From Styela clava (taxonomy: Eukaryota): a stretch of DNA of 64,000 nt. The translations under genes and the position numbers were made by a program. The notes under the pieces are model-generated. The model did not search any database. It was not told the origin of the DNA and saw nothing but the letters and a program-made list of their open reading frames with translations. Shown piece by piece: positions 11,683 to 23,529 of the stretch; the stretch's first letter is position 1; every line of letters begins with the position of its first letter. The stretch covers positions 10,478,001 through 10,542,000 of the forward strand of contig NC_135252.1 of NCBI RefSeq assembly GCF_964204865.1, read 5' to 3'.

Positions 11683-14600
11683 ATGTTATCAAGTTTGGAA
11701 GCATCGAGCAACAATATTTCGTCGATTCCCATGAACTATACTGGGTCTATGAGTGCACTACTTTTCGATGACTCGATGGAGAAAATGGACGTCGACAAAA
11801 CGTCCTCAGATGTAACGAGGTATCTAGAAGAATACATTGAGTCCAGTTTTAATTTTGCAGAAACGACTTCTTCCTTTTCAGCAAGCCCCTGTTCAGATCA
11901 CACTTCTGTATCAAGAACGTCGTCAGATGAAGGTAGTTCAAATAAAATGACGCCAAGTTATACAGTATCAACATGTTCGGATGTTTTTTCGCCAACTGAT
12001 TCTAAAGACTGTAATTTCCAGCTGAACAACATGATTAACACTAGTACAGATGAGTTCCCGTATGAGGACGTTCTCTCATTAGAAAATGCGCTCGAGGAAG
12101 CCGTTGGAGATTCGTTGGAAAATGTTGGTAGCGTGAAAAGTGAATCGAACATGATTCAAAATTTATCGTCTCATACATCAATAAGCGGGCAAAATTTTAC
12201 GATGCCACAACCACCTAACTCAAACCCGCCTATAAGTAATGCGTTTCCAAAAGTATCTCACCGAGTAGTAATCAGTCCGACTACAACATTAGTTCTGTCC
12301 GATGACGTTATGCGTAAGAAACATCGCCCTCTTTCAACTAACAGCAAATCGACCTCTAAAATAGTGACATCAACCAGCAATCAACTACATCCTTCCATGG
12401 TGCAAAACAGGCCAATTTCATCGAGTTCTGGAAAAATCTCACCCGTAGCAATCAATGTAGGAAGTAACGATCATGCAATAACTTCACTTCATTCGATGAC
12501 GGCAAGCAACCAGAGCCCTCAGTCTGTGGAAACTTCTGACCATTTGGTAAGATGAATACATATAAGATATTGTGATCTTCCACCAACCAGTGTTGAACTT
12601 AATTAGATAGAGTAGTGAGTGTCAATTTTGTTTAGATCTGAACACGTTCAGGCAACAATAACATCTATTCAAACATACCATATTGCAGTTAGCAGAACAA
12701 GACGATCAGCAGAATGACGAGAATGTTGAGTGGTCTACCCCAAGGAAAAGCATCCAAGCAATACAAAAGAATCCACTTCCACCTGAAGGTTATAAGATAA
12801 CAAGATATCCATTGAAAAGTCAGACGGATAATAGAGAAGAAAACGTATGTTCAGCAATATTTCACCTTCGATATAATAAAGCTTGTATTATTGAAAAATC
12901 CATCCAAATATAATCAATGGTGATCTATTATTGTACTATTATGAGATAATTATTTTAAATCTTGACAAATTGCATTTGATTCGATTAGGTATATAAGGTT
13001 TGTGTTACCAAATAGTACTTGGAAGTATTAATATGATTATATTTATTTAGACCTGAGTACGAATTATATAACAGTTCTCCCCCTTTCGAAACCGGTTTTA
13101 TTCGCGACACTACCTTGCTATACTGATATCTGTATAATTAATTACCAATGTTGAATTACATGCTTCTATATTTGATTCAAGAAGTCCCGAAAGAATGTTC
13201 TTAAGTTTGGAAGCATCGAGTAGCAATATTCTGTCGATTTCCCTCAACTATAATGGTTGTATGAATGCACTATACTTCTCGAAGTCTTGTCCAAACATTT
13301 GAAATTAATTACATCTGCAACATGCTATGGACATTTGTATGAAATAGTATTACATTTAGAAAATACAAGATGAAACGACTGATATCATAAATGAACTACG
13401 ACATCAGCTTCAAAGGGCCAGGATGGAGGTTGATCATCGTCTGAAAGAAGTTGAAGAATGGAGATTATCTGCTCAACAAATATTTGATGCAGCAAGAAAA
13501 ATTCGGGCTCAAATGGAATTAGAAAAGGTATTGGAAATTTGTCCCAGCCTTGGCATAACGAATTTTTGCATTTGGTAATTGGCCAAATATAAATTTCTAT
13601 TTGGAAGCGTTGTTCAAAAAGATTGCTATTGTGAGATTTATATAAATTATCTGTCCACCATTGTAAAAATCACAAGCATTTTTCCCGGCACAAAAACTGA
13701 TAATTTAGATATGAGGGACGAAAAAAAGCAAACAACAAGTATAATGACAAAAATATTCTTGCAATCATTTTAACGTTTTAAAAATATTTTCTAAATCAAT
13801 TATGCAAGCATTTGTCCCATAACTCAACATTTTGCAAAGTGCATACAATAAATTGCATTTTATATATTTTAATGTTGCGCAAAAGTATTTACAAATAAAA
13901 CAAATTAATTTCAAAGTATAAAACTTTGTGTGCAATTTAAATTTTCAAGATATCCGCCATTTTGTTTTTCCCAGTGAAGTCTATAAAAATAGCAACAATC
14001 TAAAAATAAAATCAAGTTTAAAATTAGATTAATCCGAAAGGTATCGCAAACTTGATGAACTCTATTGCTTCATCGTAAAAATGGTTGTGAAATACCGCGT
14101 GTCGTTAATCATCGAGCTCAGATGTAAAATACCCTGGAGCATATTTTCGTTCGTCGTCACAAAAACTAGAGAATGTTTGAGCAAAACTTTCTGATGACGA
14201 TTGTTTTTTATGAAAATGTTGACGAAATACAAACTCTTAGCTAAGTTCAAAATTTTAGCGACAAACACAAATTAAAAATGATATACGGTATATGAAACAT
14301 TATGCGGATGGCGCAGTAAGAAATTCACGAATCTCACCCCGGCGTTTAAATCAATCAAAGCAGGAAAAAGTAATGTATTAATAAGGGGGTGAAATTGGAT
14401 CAAGATTTCCATACAATGTCACGTTGTAAAAATGTCTAATCTACTTAAATTTACAATTTATGCAGTCTCGAGCTGATCGTGCAGAATCGAAGATTGCCCA
14501 ACTCACTGCACACTTCAGATCAAAAGCTGCAGCAAAAGCGAGAGCAAAGTCCATCGGATCTGAGAAATCTGGAACATCCGGCAATGTAAATCAATCTTCA

Positions 14601-15845
14601 AAATCCCCAAATACTGCAGACGCGTCTGGATCAAAAACATCCGGGTCCCCAGATCCGATTATATTAAGTAAGTGTGTCATTGTCTGGACGTGAGAAAGTG
14701 AAAAATAATTAAAAGTGGTAATTCTTGTAAGTAACCACACTACCTTGGCCTAACGTTATCTTCTTCCTGGAAGTCGGAATTACTGTTGAGCACAAATCAT
14801 TGCTTCGTGGTCAATTCACATAACTTATTCAAAACCTAAATGTCAATTGCTACTGGCTTAAAAGGTCCAACCAAACAGATTCTCCATCCATGCCTGTTTG
14901 TAGTAACATGGGGCCTTGTATAGTTTAGTACCACATCCACTTCTAGTTGGCCTGGCTCAACAATTTTTGCATATGTCAATCCTTATCGGCGGCGCAGATG
15001 CCATTTCGGGCGATGGTAATTATACTTTGGCAATCCCTATGACGTGATGGTGACGTCGTAGTGACGTAATTTTTGGATTTTTGGCATAGTCAGGTGAGGG
15101 TTAGGAATACCATATACAAAAATCGTTATGCTACGCCCACTGGAAGTACTTGTGGTACTAAACTATACTAGACCCGTAACACCTTCATTTTCTTTACTTG
15201 CTAAAGAGCAATTTTTGATTTGTTCTTTGAATAACCAACATAATTGGAATAATGTGGTGGGCTCAAAACTGGAGCGTAATAATAGGGAACGATATAAATT
15301 GCATCAAATATATATATATATATGAACTAAACAACATAACGTGACTTTTAGGTCGAAAAAGACGACGAACAGTTCCCGAACTCGATGATGTTACAAAATC
15401 ACTAGCTTCTTGGTTGATGTCGCAACCATCAGACACAAAAAAGAAACCGGCCACGTCTGCACATCCCAGATCAGTTTCAGAAAGCGTATTTGGCTTTCAA
15501 AAACCAAAAGATGAGTTAGTGTATTCACCACAAATCAACAGCGGTGTGAGGCTAGCCTTGAGGGCAAAGGTGTGTTCTGCAAGAGCGGATACACTGAACA
15601 CAGCTCAGGATCTTATAAAACAGACAAAACTGCTTTTGGTCGATCTCCCAACAATACCTGAAAGTTCTTCTAGCGCAAGTATCCCGGGATTATTTGAAAG
15701 CAGAATAACGATGAGAAATAGGTGGAGTAGTGTTGACAGCGTTCACTCGGCAACGACATGTTCGACAACGCCATCGAGCGGAAGCGCAAGAGTGCCAATG
15801 TCTCATTCTTTGTCAGAGTCATCACTACAAATTAAGAAATCATAA
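11683..15845 (+). CDS. Uncharacterised Ser/Thr-rich, largely disordered protein with central coiled coil and basic NLS
   Basis: Frame-consistent exons 11683-12546, 12689-12844, 13360-13527, 14466-14667, 15352-15845 (TAA), all GT-AG. The ORF-track start at 11635 is GTG just downstream of an in-frame TGA, so the first ATG is 11683. Coiled coil DIINELRHQLQRARMEVDHRLKEVEEWRLSAQQIFDAARKIRAQMELEKSRADRAESKIAQL spans exons 3-4; SRKRRR forms at the exon 4/5 junction. AATAAA at 16061. Confidence 0.8.
13050..13272 (+). repeat. Degenerate intronic duplicate of the same gene's TATA region, 5'UTR and first codons (copy of ~11526-11760)
   Basis: Colinear similarity, e.g. TGCTTCTATATTTGATTCAAGAAGT vs TGCTTCTATATTTGAATCAAGGAGT; AAGTTTGGAAGCATCGAGTAGCAATATT vs AAGTTTGGAAGCATCGAGCAACAATATT; GACCTGAGTACGAATTATATAACAGT vs GACCTTAGTAAGAAGTATATAAAAGT. 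Confidence 0.85.
14911..15175. mobile_element. MITE with long (~65 bp) terminal inverted repeats, in intron 4 of the Ser-rich gene
   Basis: Left GGGCCTTGTATAGTTTAGTACCACATCCACTTCTAGTTGGC... vs reverse complement of the right end GGGTCTAGTATAGTTTAGTACCACAAGTACTTCCAGTGGGC...; no clear TSD. Confidence 0.7.
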
Positions 15846-18159
15846 TACAATAACGATAATGGAGTGATAAAATTATATTTTTCTTTATTTCATTTATATT
15901 GAATATTATAAATATTGTTTATTGGTACTATTATTATATTTAATTTTAACTTTCATTACCAATATAATGAAAATGTTTACAAAATGGTGATAACCAATTG
16001 AAAAGCATCTGTGGAATGCTTCATATGTCGATAAAAATTCATTTTTTTCTTAATGCAAAAAATAAATTATTTTTATTAAACTCAAATATGTTTATTCCAA
16101 TAGTGTTCTGCGTAATGTAGTATAATATCTTTAGCTCATCGCCTATTGTTCCAGTGGTTACAGTCAAATTTACCCTCAAATCCACATACTTAATCTTATT
16201 TATCTAGACGTTTTCCTGTTTATTACATCTCTATGGTATGTATTCTAACATGTATACGATACCACACTACTAATTGTTGTGGCCACAGATTCTATTTTTC
16301 TGTTCTGGAATGTGGTTGCCAATAAATTTCACTTTCATCGTTTTTGTTTGTTAGATCACATGTACTGCATGTCACGTTTTTCTGGTTAGAACTACAGCAA
16401 GTTCTGTCATTACATTAAAGCCAATCGCCCAAATATAGATGCCATACATCATGGAATTTCTTTATCCACCGTCAAAGTGGATCAAATTCTCTATTTTGTG
16501 CCATGATACATTTCAAAATAAATTGAATGATCTAATTTTTATGTCCCTACTATTGTGTTTTACCCCCTCCATTTGAAATAATGTGCATACCGCAGAGGTC
16601 TGTGTTTTAATGTAGTCTTAAAAAAAACGTCCTTGAAGATGATGAGATAAGGTGAGCGGTCCAAAATTAAAAAAAAAAGTATAATAAGAGAGCAATGCTC
16701 AAACGTATGGACACAAAAGCCAAAACAAAGTAGTATGGAATCTTTTACAGTGCCGGTAGTCCTCCTCATGAGAAAACTCCAGACTTCGTTCGACAACCAT
16801 ATCGCTGAAATACGATTTCGGAACCGCCACACAGTGCGCAATTTTTAATTTTGATGACGTCACAAAAGTAAAACAAATCCCATAGTACCCATACTACCCA
16901 CAGAAGTTTTTGAAATACATAAAAAAGAAATAATCTTCTAGCGACAAAAACAATTTTTAATAAACGACTGAAAATTTCGAAGTAATTAGTCCAGTAGTTA
17001 AAGAGAAGATTGCGAACAACAACAGGAATGCCAACAACAACATTGTGATAACAAACACATTAACACAACACAGGAATTTCATGATACCATGATCACAAGA
17101 GAGTTTTTCAAGACTGTTAGCGTACTACTTATTTCAAATTAGCGCCACTGTTTAGCTTGTAGGCAACGCGAAATAAAAATTTCGAAATACATTTTTACTC
17201 AACCCTGTGCGATTGTCGCTGATCGTTTATCAATGTAATTTTATTGTAATTTAATTTATCAATGCAATTGATTTTCCGTTAAAATAGCATCAAAACCCTT
17301 TTCTGTAATTCACATTGATTTTCTGATCAGCGTTGTTTTATTGTAATTTATCTTGAAGAGTTGACATGCTAACGAGCAAAGCAAATACCAGCCATCCGTT
17401 TTCAGCCGAAGTATAAATTTTTTACAATAAAATTTTTTTGAAATTGTCCGACATCGGAAATACGAAATAATAATTTCATTGTATAATTTGAGACGTTCGG
17501 TAAATCTTAAAATGCTGGTAGTTTTTGGGGTTATCACCTCACAAACAAAAAACTATTCGTTGATATTATTCCTGACATGATGAATCGCTCAGGGAACGTG
17601 CTGTGATAAATCACATCAAAGCTTTAAATATTTGCAAAAGCTAAATATTTAATGCGTTCGATGTGTTAGCTACAAAAATAACAGCAGAAAATTAAATTTT
17701 CTTTCGTGCTTGCATAGTCGAAATTGAATTTATTTAATTTTCGGTCCCCTAACGCAATTTAGGCATGGCTTTTAAACGATTAAATTATTGCATATTTTCC
17801 AAGTAAAATATGCATTGTAGTATGTAGTAACTTGAATTATACTGTAAAATAATCATCAATCAGAAACGTTCACTAAAATTCAATACAACTAAAAAGCCGA
17901 ACATCATTTGATGTAAACTCGATGAAAGATCCGATCAATGTTGTGTTCCATATATGTTATTTCTTATACGGCCCGTAACACAAGTTCAAGCTGAGTATCT
18001 GCCGATTCGAAAAATCAAATCAAATATGTGAACCTTTTGTTAGACGTTTCTCAGCCGATGAACAAACAGAACTTAAACATATTCATACTGATACCATAAA
18101 TAGACATTCAAAGCGATATTTTTATAAGACTAAAATATAGTACTTTTTGATAAATCCGG

Positions 18160-18561
18160 CTCCGGCCCGCGGAGCAATAGAATCTGGCCGGCGACGCTTC
18201 GCTGAATTAGAGTAACAAAGCAGCTGTTTTGACGATTATATTCTTTACGAAACAGAATTTATTGTGAGACACGTGTAGACTTAATTATATTATAACCTAA
18301 CAAGTATAATATTCACAATCACTCGTTTAATGAGCCTATAATGTAATAATTATGATCAGACAAATGGCAACAATACGAGGAAAAGATGATGCTATGTACA
18401 AATGGTTTAACGGCGCAGTAAAGATTCAAATGGTTAATCTTCGCGCGCTGAGAAATAGGTGCCACCCGTTCGGTTTTTAACTTTCTAAAAACATGTGCGG
18501 CCCGCCAATGACTGCAACCTTACAGTTTGACCCGCGAGTGACGAAAGGTTGCCGACCCCTG
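18160..18561 (-). mobile_element. Diverged, one-end-truncated copy of the hAT MITE at 28633-29058
   Basis: Ends in AGGTTGCCGACCCCTG (18546-18561); the interior (CCGGCCCGCGG..., GTGCGGCCCGCCAATG) is the reverse complement of the 28633-29058 element; the other TIR is missing. Confidence 0.8.
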
Positions 18562-19880
18562 CTGTAGAGTAATCTGGTGTCGAGGGTTTCATTTTGTGAT
18601 GATCAATAGACCATGTTGTAGAACATTTTTGAGAATTGGAAATAATATTATCCGTTAATCAAGGTTTACATTTGACGCCAAGGATCTTCGGTTTATCGCA
18701 ATATCACAAAATAAACATTCAATTAACAGCGTATTGCTGGCATATACTGTACATATTGAATTGGTCATTATTACTGCAATAGCTTAGGTGTTTCAAAAAT
18801 ATAACAGCCCGGAAGTTTCTATACATTCGAGTATCTTTTGTTTATTTCTGGTCCAAGCCTCGTTTTAACTAAGTTCGTGTTTTTTGTAGTTTACTTTTGT
18901 GTGTGTGTGCTGGAGCGGGCATATGATATTTCATATGTTTTAAACTTTTTTAAAGGTTTTGCTCACCCTCCAGAATTCTCCATTTTGAATTTGAGTATCC
19001 GAATAAACTATCTATCTATCTTAGTATACAGTTACATTTGAATTTCATTGCATTTGACAACAATTTTTACATCCTATTATACCGTCGCTAAATATGTTTG
19101 TCAGAATGATCAATAACTTCATCTCCCGTTGGGAGCAGTTATAATTCATTCCCAGTTTTGCTACGGACTGAAATCGAGTTAGTGGACCGAACTGTCAAAA
19201 CACGTTCAGAAGTTGGATTTAAATTTGATGACGCAATTCAAGACTGAGAAATATCCTTATCAGCGTAATGAGAACATGAATAATTAAATTGAGCAATTGA
19301 TATCAATCAATCAATGAATGTTTGCTGAATTTGAATTGAACGAAAGTGTAGAATCAAATAGATCACGTGTTTTGATGTTTTTCTAACTAAATAGTGAATA
19401 TTAATACTGTTATTGCAACCTAATGCGAAAAAGTCAGCTTGCCAGTTTAATTTCTGTTATGTAGTTGTTTTTGTATGACAATTCGGGTCAGTTGTAGAAA
19501 GAAAACATAGGTTTCGCTTGAAACTATCCAACTGGACGAACATTTTGCATCGTTACGCTGATTGATAATTTCGGTATATTTGTTCAAAACTGGCAAGGTG
19601 TCAGATATCCTACGGTTCTGACAAACGACGACCTTTTTCTGAAACAAGAAACTTATCGTTTAGTGACTACTAGTACACAGTCTTGCTTGGGGCAAAAGAG
19701 CTATTACTTCATAAAAACAAAAGCTTCGGTATATAACCAGTGCCGCAGTTAAACAAAATGCTACCGGATTCCAACCGAAATGGGGTTTCTTGAGTATAGT
19801 CAAAATCAATAGAACCACATCTGTGCCCTTTTTAGTCTCTGGCGATTGTCACATAAAATTTCTTTGTTTCCGGTCACTTA

Positions 19881-19999
19881 TTTTGAAACATTGATATAGG
19901 TCGCAAATTTTTACAAACACTTCATTTGGAACATTACGAACATTTTGAAACACTGATATAGGTCGCAAATTTTTACAAACACTCCATTTGGAACATTAC
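19881..19999. repeat. Tandem duplication, 62-bp period, two copies
   Basis: TTTTGAAACA(T/C)TGATATAGGTCGCAAATTTTTACAAACACT(T/C)CATTTGGAACATTAC at 19881 and 19943. Confidence 0.9.
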
Positions 20000-22456
20000 A
20001 AAGTCTGAGTGAAAACAAGTCGAAAGACTAAAACGTCTTAAATTTGAAAACTAATAATTTTCAACAAAGCGAATCAGAAATGAAGACAATGCAGAATCGC
20101 CAAATAACAATCAATTCCCATGCCTTTGTGGTTTGAAAATTGGCCTTGCAATTTTATTGTACGTTGTTACAGTCGGCATGTAATCCAGTTAGGTTAAGGT
20201 GTATAATTTGCTTTTAATACAGACGAAATCACATCCACACCATGCGAACAAATGTATGGCTTTCAGCTTTTCGAGATTTCAGCGGGGTTGAAATATACCG
20301 TCACCTCAATTGACTATTAATTGGTCCAGCCGGAAATTGAAGATTCATACTCGGAGGTTAGCCGTATTGTTTGAAATATGACAAAAAATTACCACATACA
20401 TTACCTTATACAATGCAAATAAAATAAATTTAACGTAGTTGGAATGATTGAGTTGTTCCAACTCTGAATTATTTGAAAAAATTGATAACCATATTAGCAG
20501 CACCGACCATGCTGGAAGGGATTAGTTGATTTGTATCGGCGATATGTCACGGTCCTATCGCTGTTGTGACGCATCTTGCGCGGTCTTCTGATTGATTTTT
20601 GAAGGAGAATATACGCAAACTCAACATTTTTTTAAGCTCAAGCGGATCCAATTTATTATATAAGTGCTTCCAGTGGGGGTAATAACATCAGCCGAGGAGA
20701 AGCCTCCGTACTACGCACTTGGAAAAAAAATTGTAGATATATTATATATACATGTATTGTCTGTATTGCCTGGGTTGCAGTATTGCGATATGTTTTCTAA
20801 TTTTTTAATGGAAAGGGAGTCCTTGAAGGTTTTGTATAGAAAGCTTATGCTCTAATTAAAATTTAAAACAGTAAAAATTCCCGTACAATAAAAAAGTGAG
20901 ATTGTGTTCGCCAAGAGATTAGATTTGTATTTTAGTCACAGTTTTAAAGAATGTACTAAGGAGCGATCTCATAATTAGTGAGTGCCTATTATTTTCATTC
21001 CGCACCTGCATATTCGAATATTACAACTTTTTCCAGTACGGCTGGACTCTTTAATTATTGTTTTATTTTTACATGTAAATACATTTATTCATAAGGGGGT
21101 TTGAAAATAGGAAATTTGATTAGAATGCATTTCATTCATATATGTTATTACACGCATTAAGCAGATTTTACTTTTGGGAATATAATCCTGAAACCGACAT
21201 ATTGAAATCGAACTTTAATGAAATGAGGAAATGTTAATCGCTATTAAATACTGGAGTAGAGAACAAAGCCACGGGCACTGTCATTAAATATATATATATA
21301 TATGGTTGCAATTTCTGGACTTCCATATTGGAATGTTGCTCTTCCAATATAAAGCGACGTTCAAATTCTAGTCAAACTTGAGTTAAAGATATTCGGGAGT
21401 GCGCAAATCAGGTTTTTTAAAAGTGCTTGCTATCGTGCTGAACATTTGCTTTGCTAATACCAGCAGGGTTTTTAAACTTGAAGGTGGAACTGACACCAGT
21501 TTTCACTATAGGCAAGACAGAGTAGTTTTGCATTTTCGGTTACAAATAAATATTTATTTGGCCGTTTTCAATCTTTTTTTCGGTCATCGCGATTTAGTTG
21601 GAAATACTGAATCCTAAAGTTGCTATTGCATGTGCTTCCATACATTTGTCTCTGACAGTGCACAAGACATTAGAATGTCACAAAACATGGTAGTATCGAA
21701 ATCATTCGCCGGATGCAAAAGTACGAGATAAATTGATCCGTTTTTTTAATTAGCAATTCGGACATTTATATAATTATATCTAAAATTAACTTGAACCGAT
21801 CGCATACATTTTCGTAGATATAAATAAATAAGCTTTCGCAGTTCTCATGCTGATGTGCAAGCTTGGTGTATGCAATTTTTATTATTAACTTATGCTTATT
21901 CCAATATGTTATCGGAAATCGTTGATTACAAAAGCAGGGAGTAAAGCACGCATTCATTCTAACACCAGTTTCATAAAATATTTTGTTTGATCGATTCTTA
22001 ACATATCTCGATTGTGTGCTATAATTTTATAACATACGATAATGCAGCCGTAATTTGTAGTTGAGGTGAGTATATTTAGCATAATATAGAGCGCTGTATT
22101 TAAAGTCAATATATATATTCTCTCGCAGCTGCGAATAATGTGCCTTTAGTTGTAGTAAATCTCCCTGTATTTGCGAATTATTCATACACCTGTTAAACAT
22201 TATGTAAATATATTGAGAACAAACCCCGCGCGAACGCATAAGCTGGCACTTAACACAGGTTGTAACATAATTATCCGACAACAGTGATTGGTAGACAATA
22301 TGATGTGGTGGTATATTCGACATTGCTGAAACTGATTTTAGACAAACGTTTTTATTAAAATCTTTCTGGTAAAAACGGTTTGGAGATTTACATTCGTTTT
22401 ACACATACTTGTTATTGTTATTTTCAGATTTTTAATAGATCAGTATTGTACAGTTT

Positions 22457-23529
22457 ATGAGAAACAGAAATATGACAAAAACACTGTTATTGTTTTTGGT
22501 TTTGTTTGGACTGGAATATTTCGTTGATTCGAAAAGTATTGTGAGTGATGATGAAGCAGCTGCAGAGAGCGACATCGAAAAAAGGCAGCATTGGTCATAT
22601 GGGTTTGCGCCAGGCGGTAAAAGAAGCTTTCCCCAAATCGCTGAACGTCAACACTGGTCATATGGATTTGCTCCGGGTGGTAAACGAGAAGAAATACCCA
22701 CAGACGTAGAAAAGAGGCAACATTGGTCGTATGGATTTGCACCAGGAGGAAAAAGAGAATTCAAGGACATGCCTAATATGCCTGAACTTAGTGAATTTGA
22801 AAAAAGACAACACTGGTCTTACGGTTTTGCTCCTGGTGGAAAGAGAGAATTTAACGATCAGAAAAGAACAGCTTGGCCCGTAGATATCCCGTTAAATGCT
22901 GAAGAAAAACGAAGTGTCTGGAATTATGGATGGGCTCCAAACGCAGAAAGAGAAATTGACCCAGGATATTTTATTCGACAATTGCTAATCGCGGTAAGTT
23001 CAGACACAAAAATAATCAGAAAGAAATTTAGAAGTCTATCAGAGATTTTCGATTGGGCTATTTTATCTCTACTCGGGCAAAAACAGATAGCCCTTCACCC
23101 CACCACGGTCATTTTAATCCTTTCCTACGCGTTAATTCTCCGAATCGAAATTTAGTATCAGACACAATCCCATTGTTAACCATATTGTAAAGATAAATTT
23201 GCAAAGTTTCGAAAAATCATTTCTCAACTACTACTGAAATGATGTTTATTACTTCCATTAGAGAGAGTGAGAGATTTTTTACTTCGTCAACCAAAAGAAA
23301 TTAACAGTCATCGTAATAATAAAAATAATAGCAATAAATTAATTTGATATAAACAGGAAGGAGTGATACGACCGGGCGGTCATCAAAGCCAACTCCCTCC
23401 TTTTCAGGTTAAGACTCACAATTTCAGATGACTAAATATAAAGGTAGAACATTCTATAGTTTAAAATTATAATGATCAATTTTTTGTCTGCAGAGGAATG
23501 TCAAAAGTAAAACTTACTCATACTTATAA
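22457..23529 (+). CDS. GNRH: Gonadotropin-releasing hormone polyprotein precursor (tunicate-type, 4 x QHWSYGFAPG-amide)
   Basis: Signal peptide MTKTLLLFLVLFGLEYFVDS (ATG 22457 or 22472); decapeptides at 22586-22615, 22649-22678, 22718-22747 and 22808-22837, each followed by G-K-R (amide donor plus dibasic site) and matching the GnRH signature QHWSxxxxPG. The main coding exon ends at the strong donor GCG|GTAAGT (22993); the last coding exon 23494-23529 (RNVKSKTYSYL*) after TTTTTTGTCTGCAG is inferred and less certain. An acceptor at 22427 implies a non-coding first exon upstream. Confidence 0.96.

Noticed and set aside
11327-11734. 135-aa ORF overlapping the start of the Ser-rich gene
   Set aside because: Spans the CRE/E-box/TATA region, has no recognisable domain and is out of frame with the spliced gene.
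22455-22742. Minus-strand ORF with repeated QIHMT/QTHMT motifs
   Set aside because: Antisense shadow of the GnRH cassettes.
22994-23155. Hydrophobic C-terminal tail of the 232-aa GnRH ORF, suggesting a membrane anchor
   Set aside because: Lies after a consensus donor GCG|GTAAGT at 22993; most likely intron read-through.
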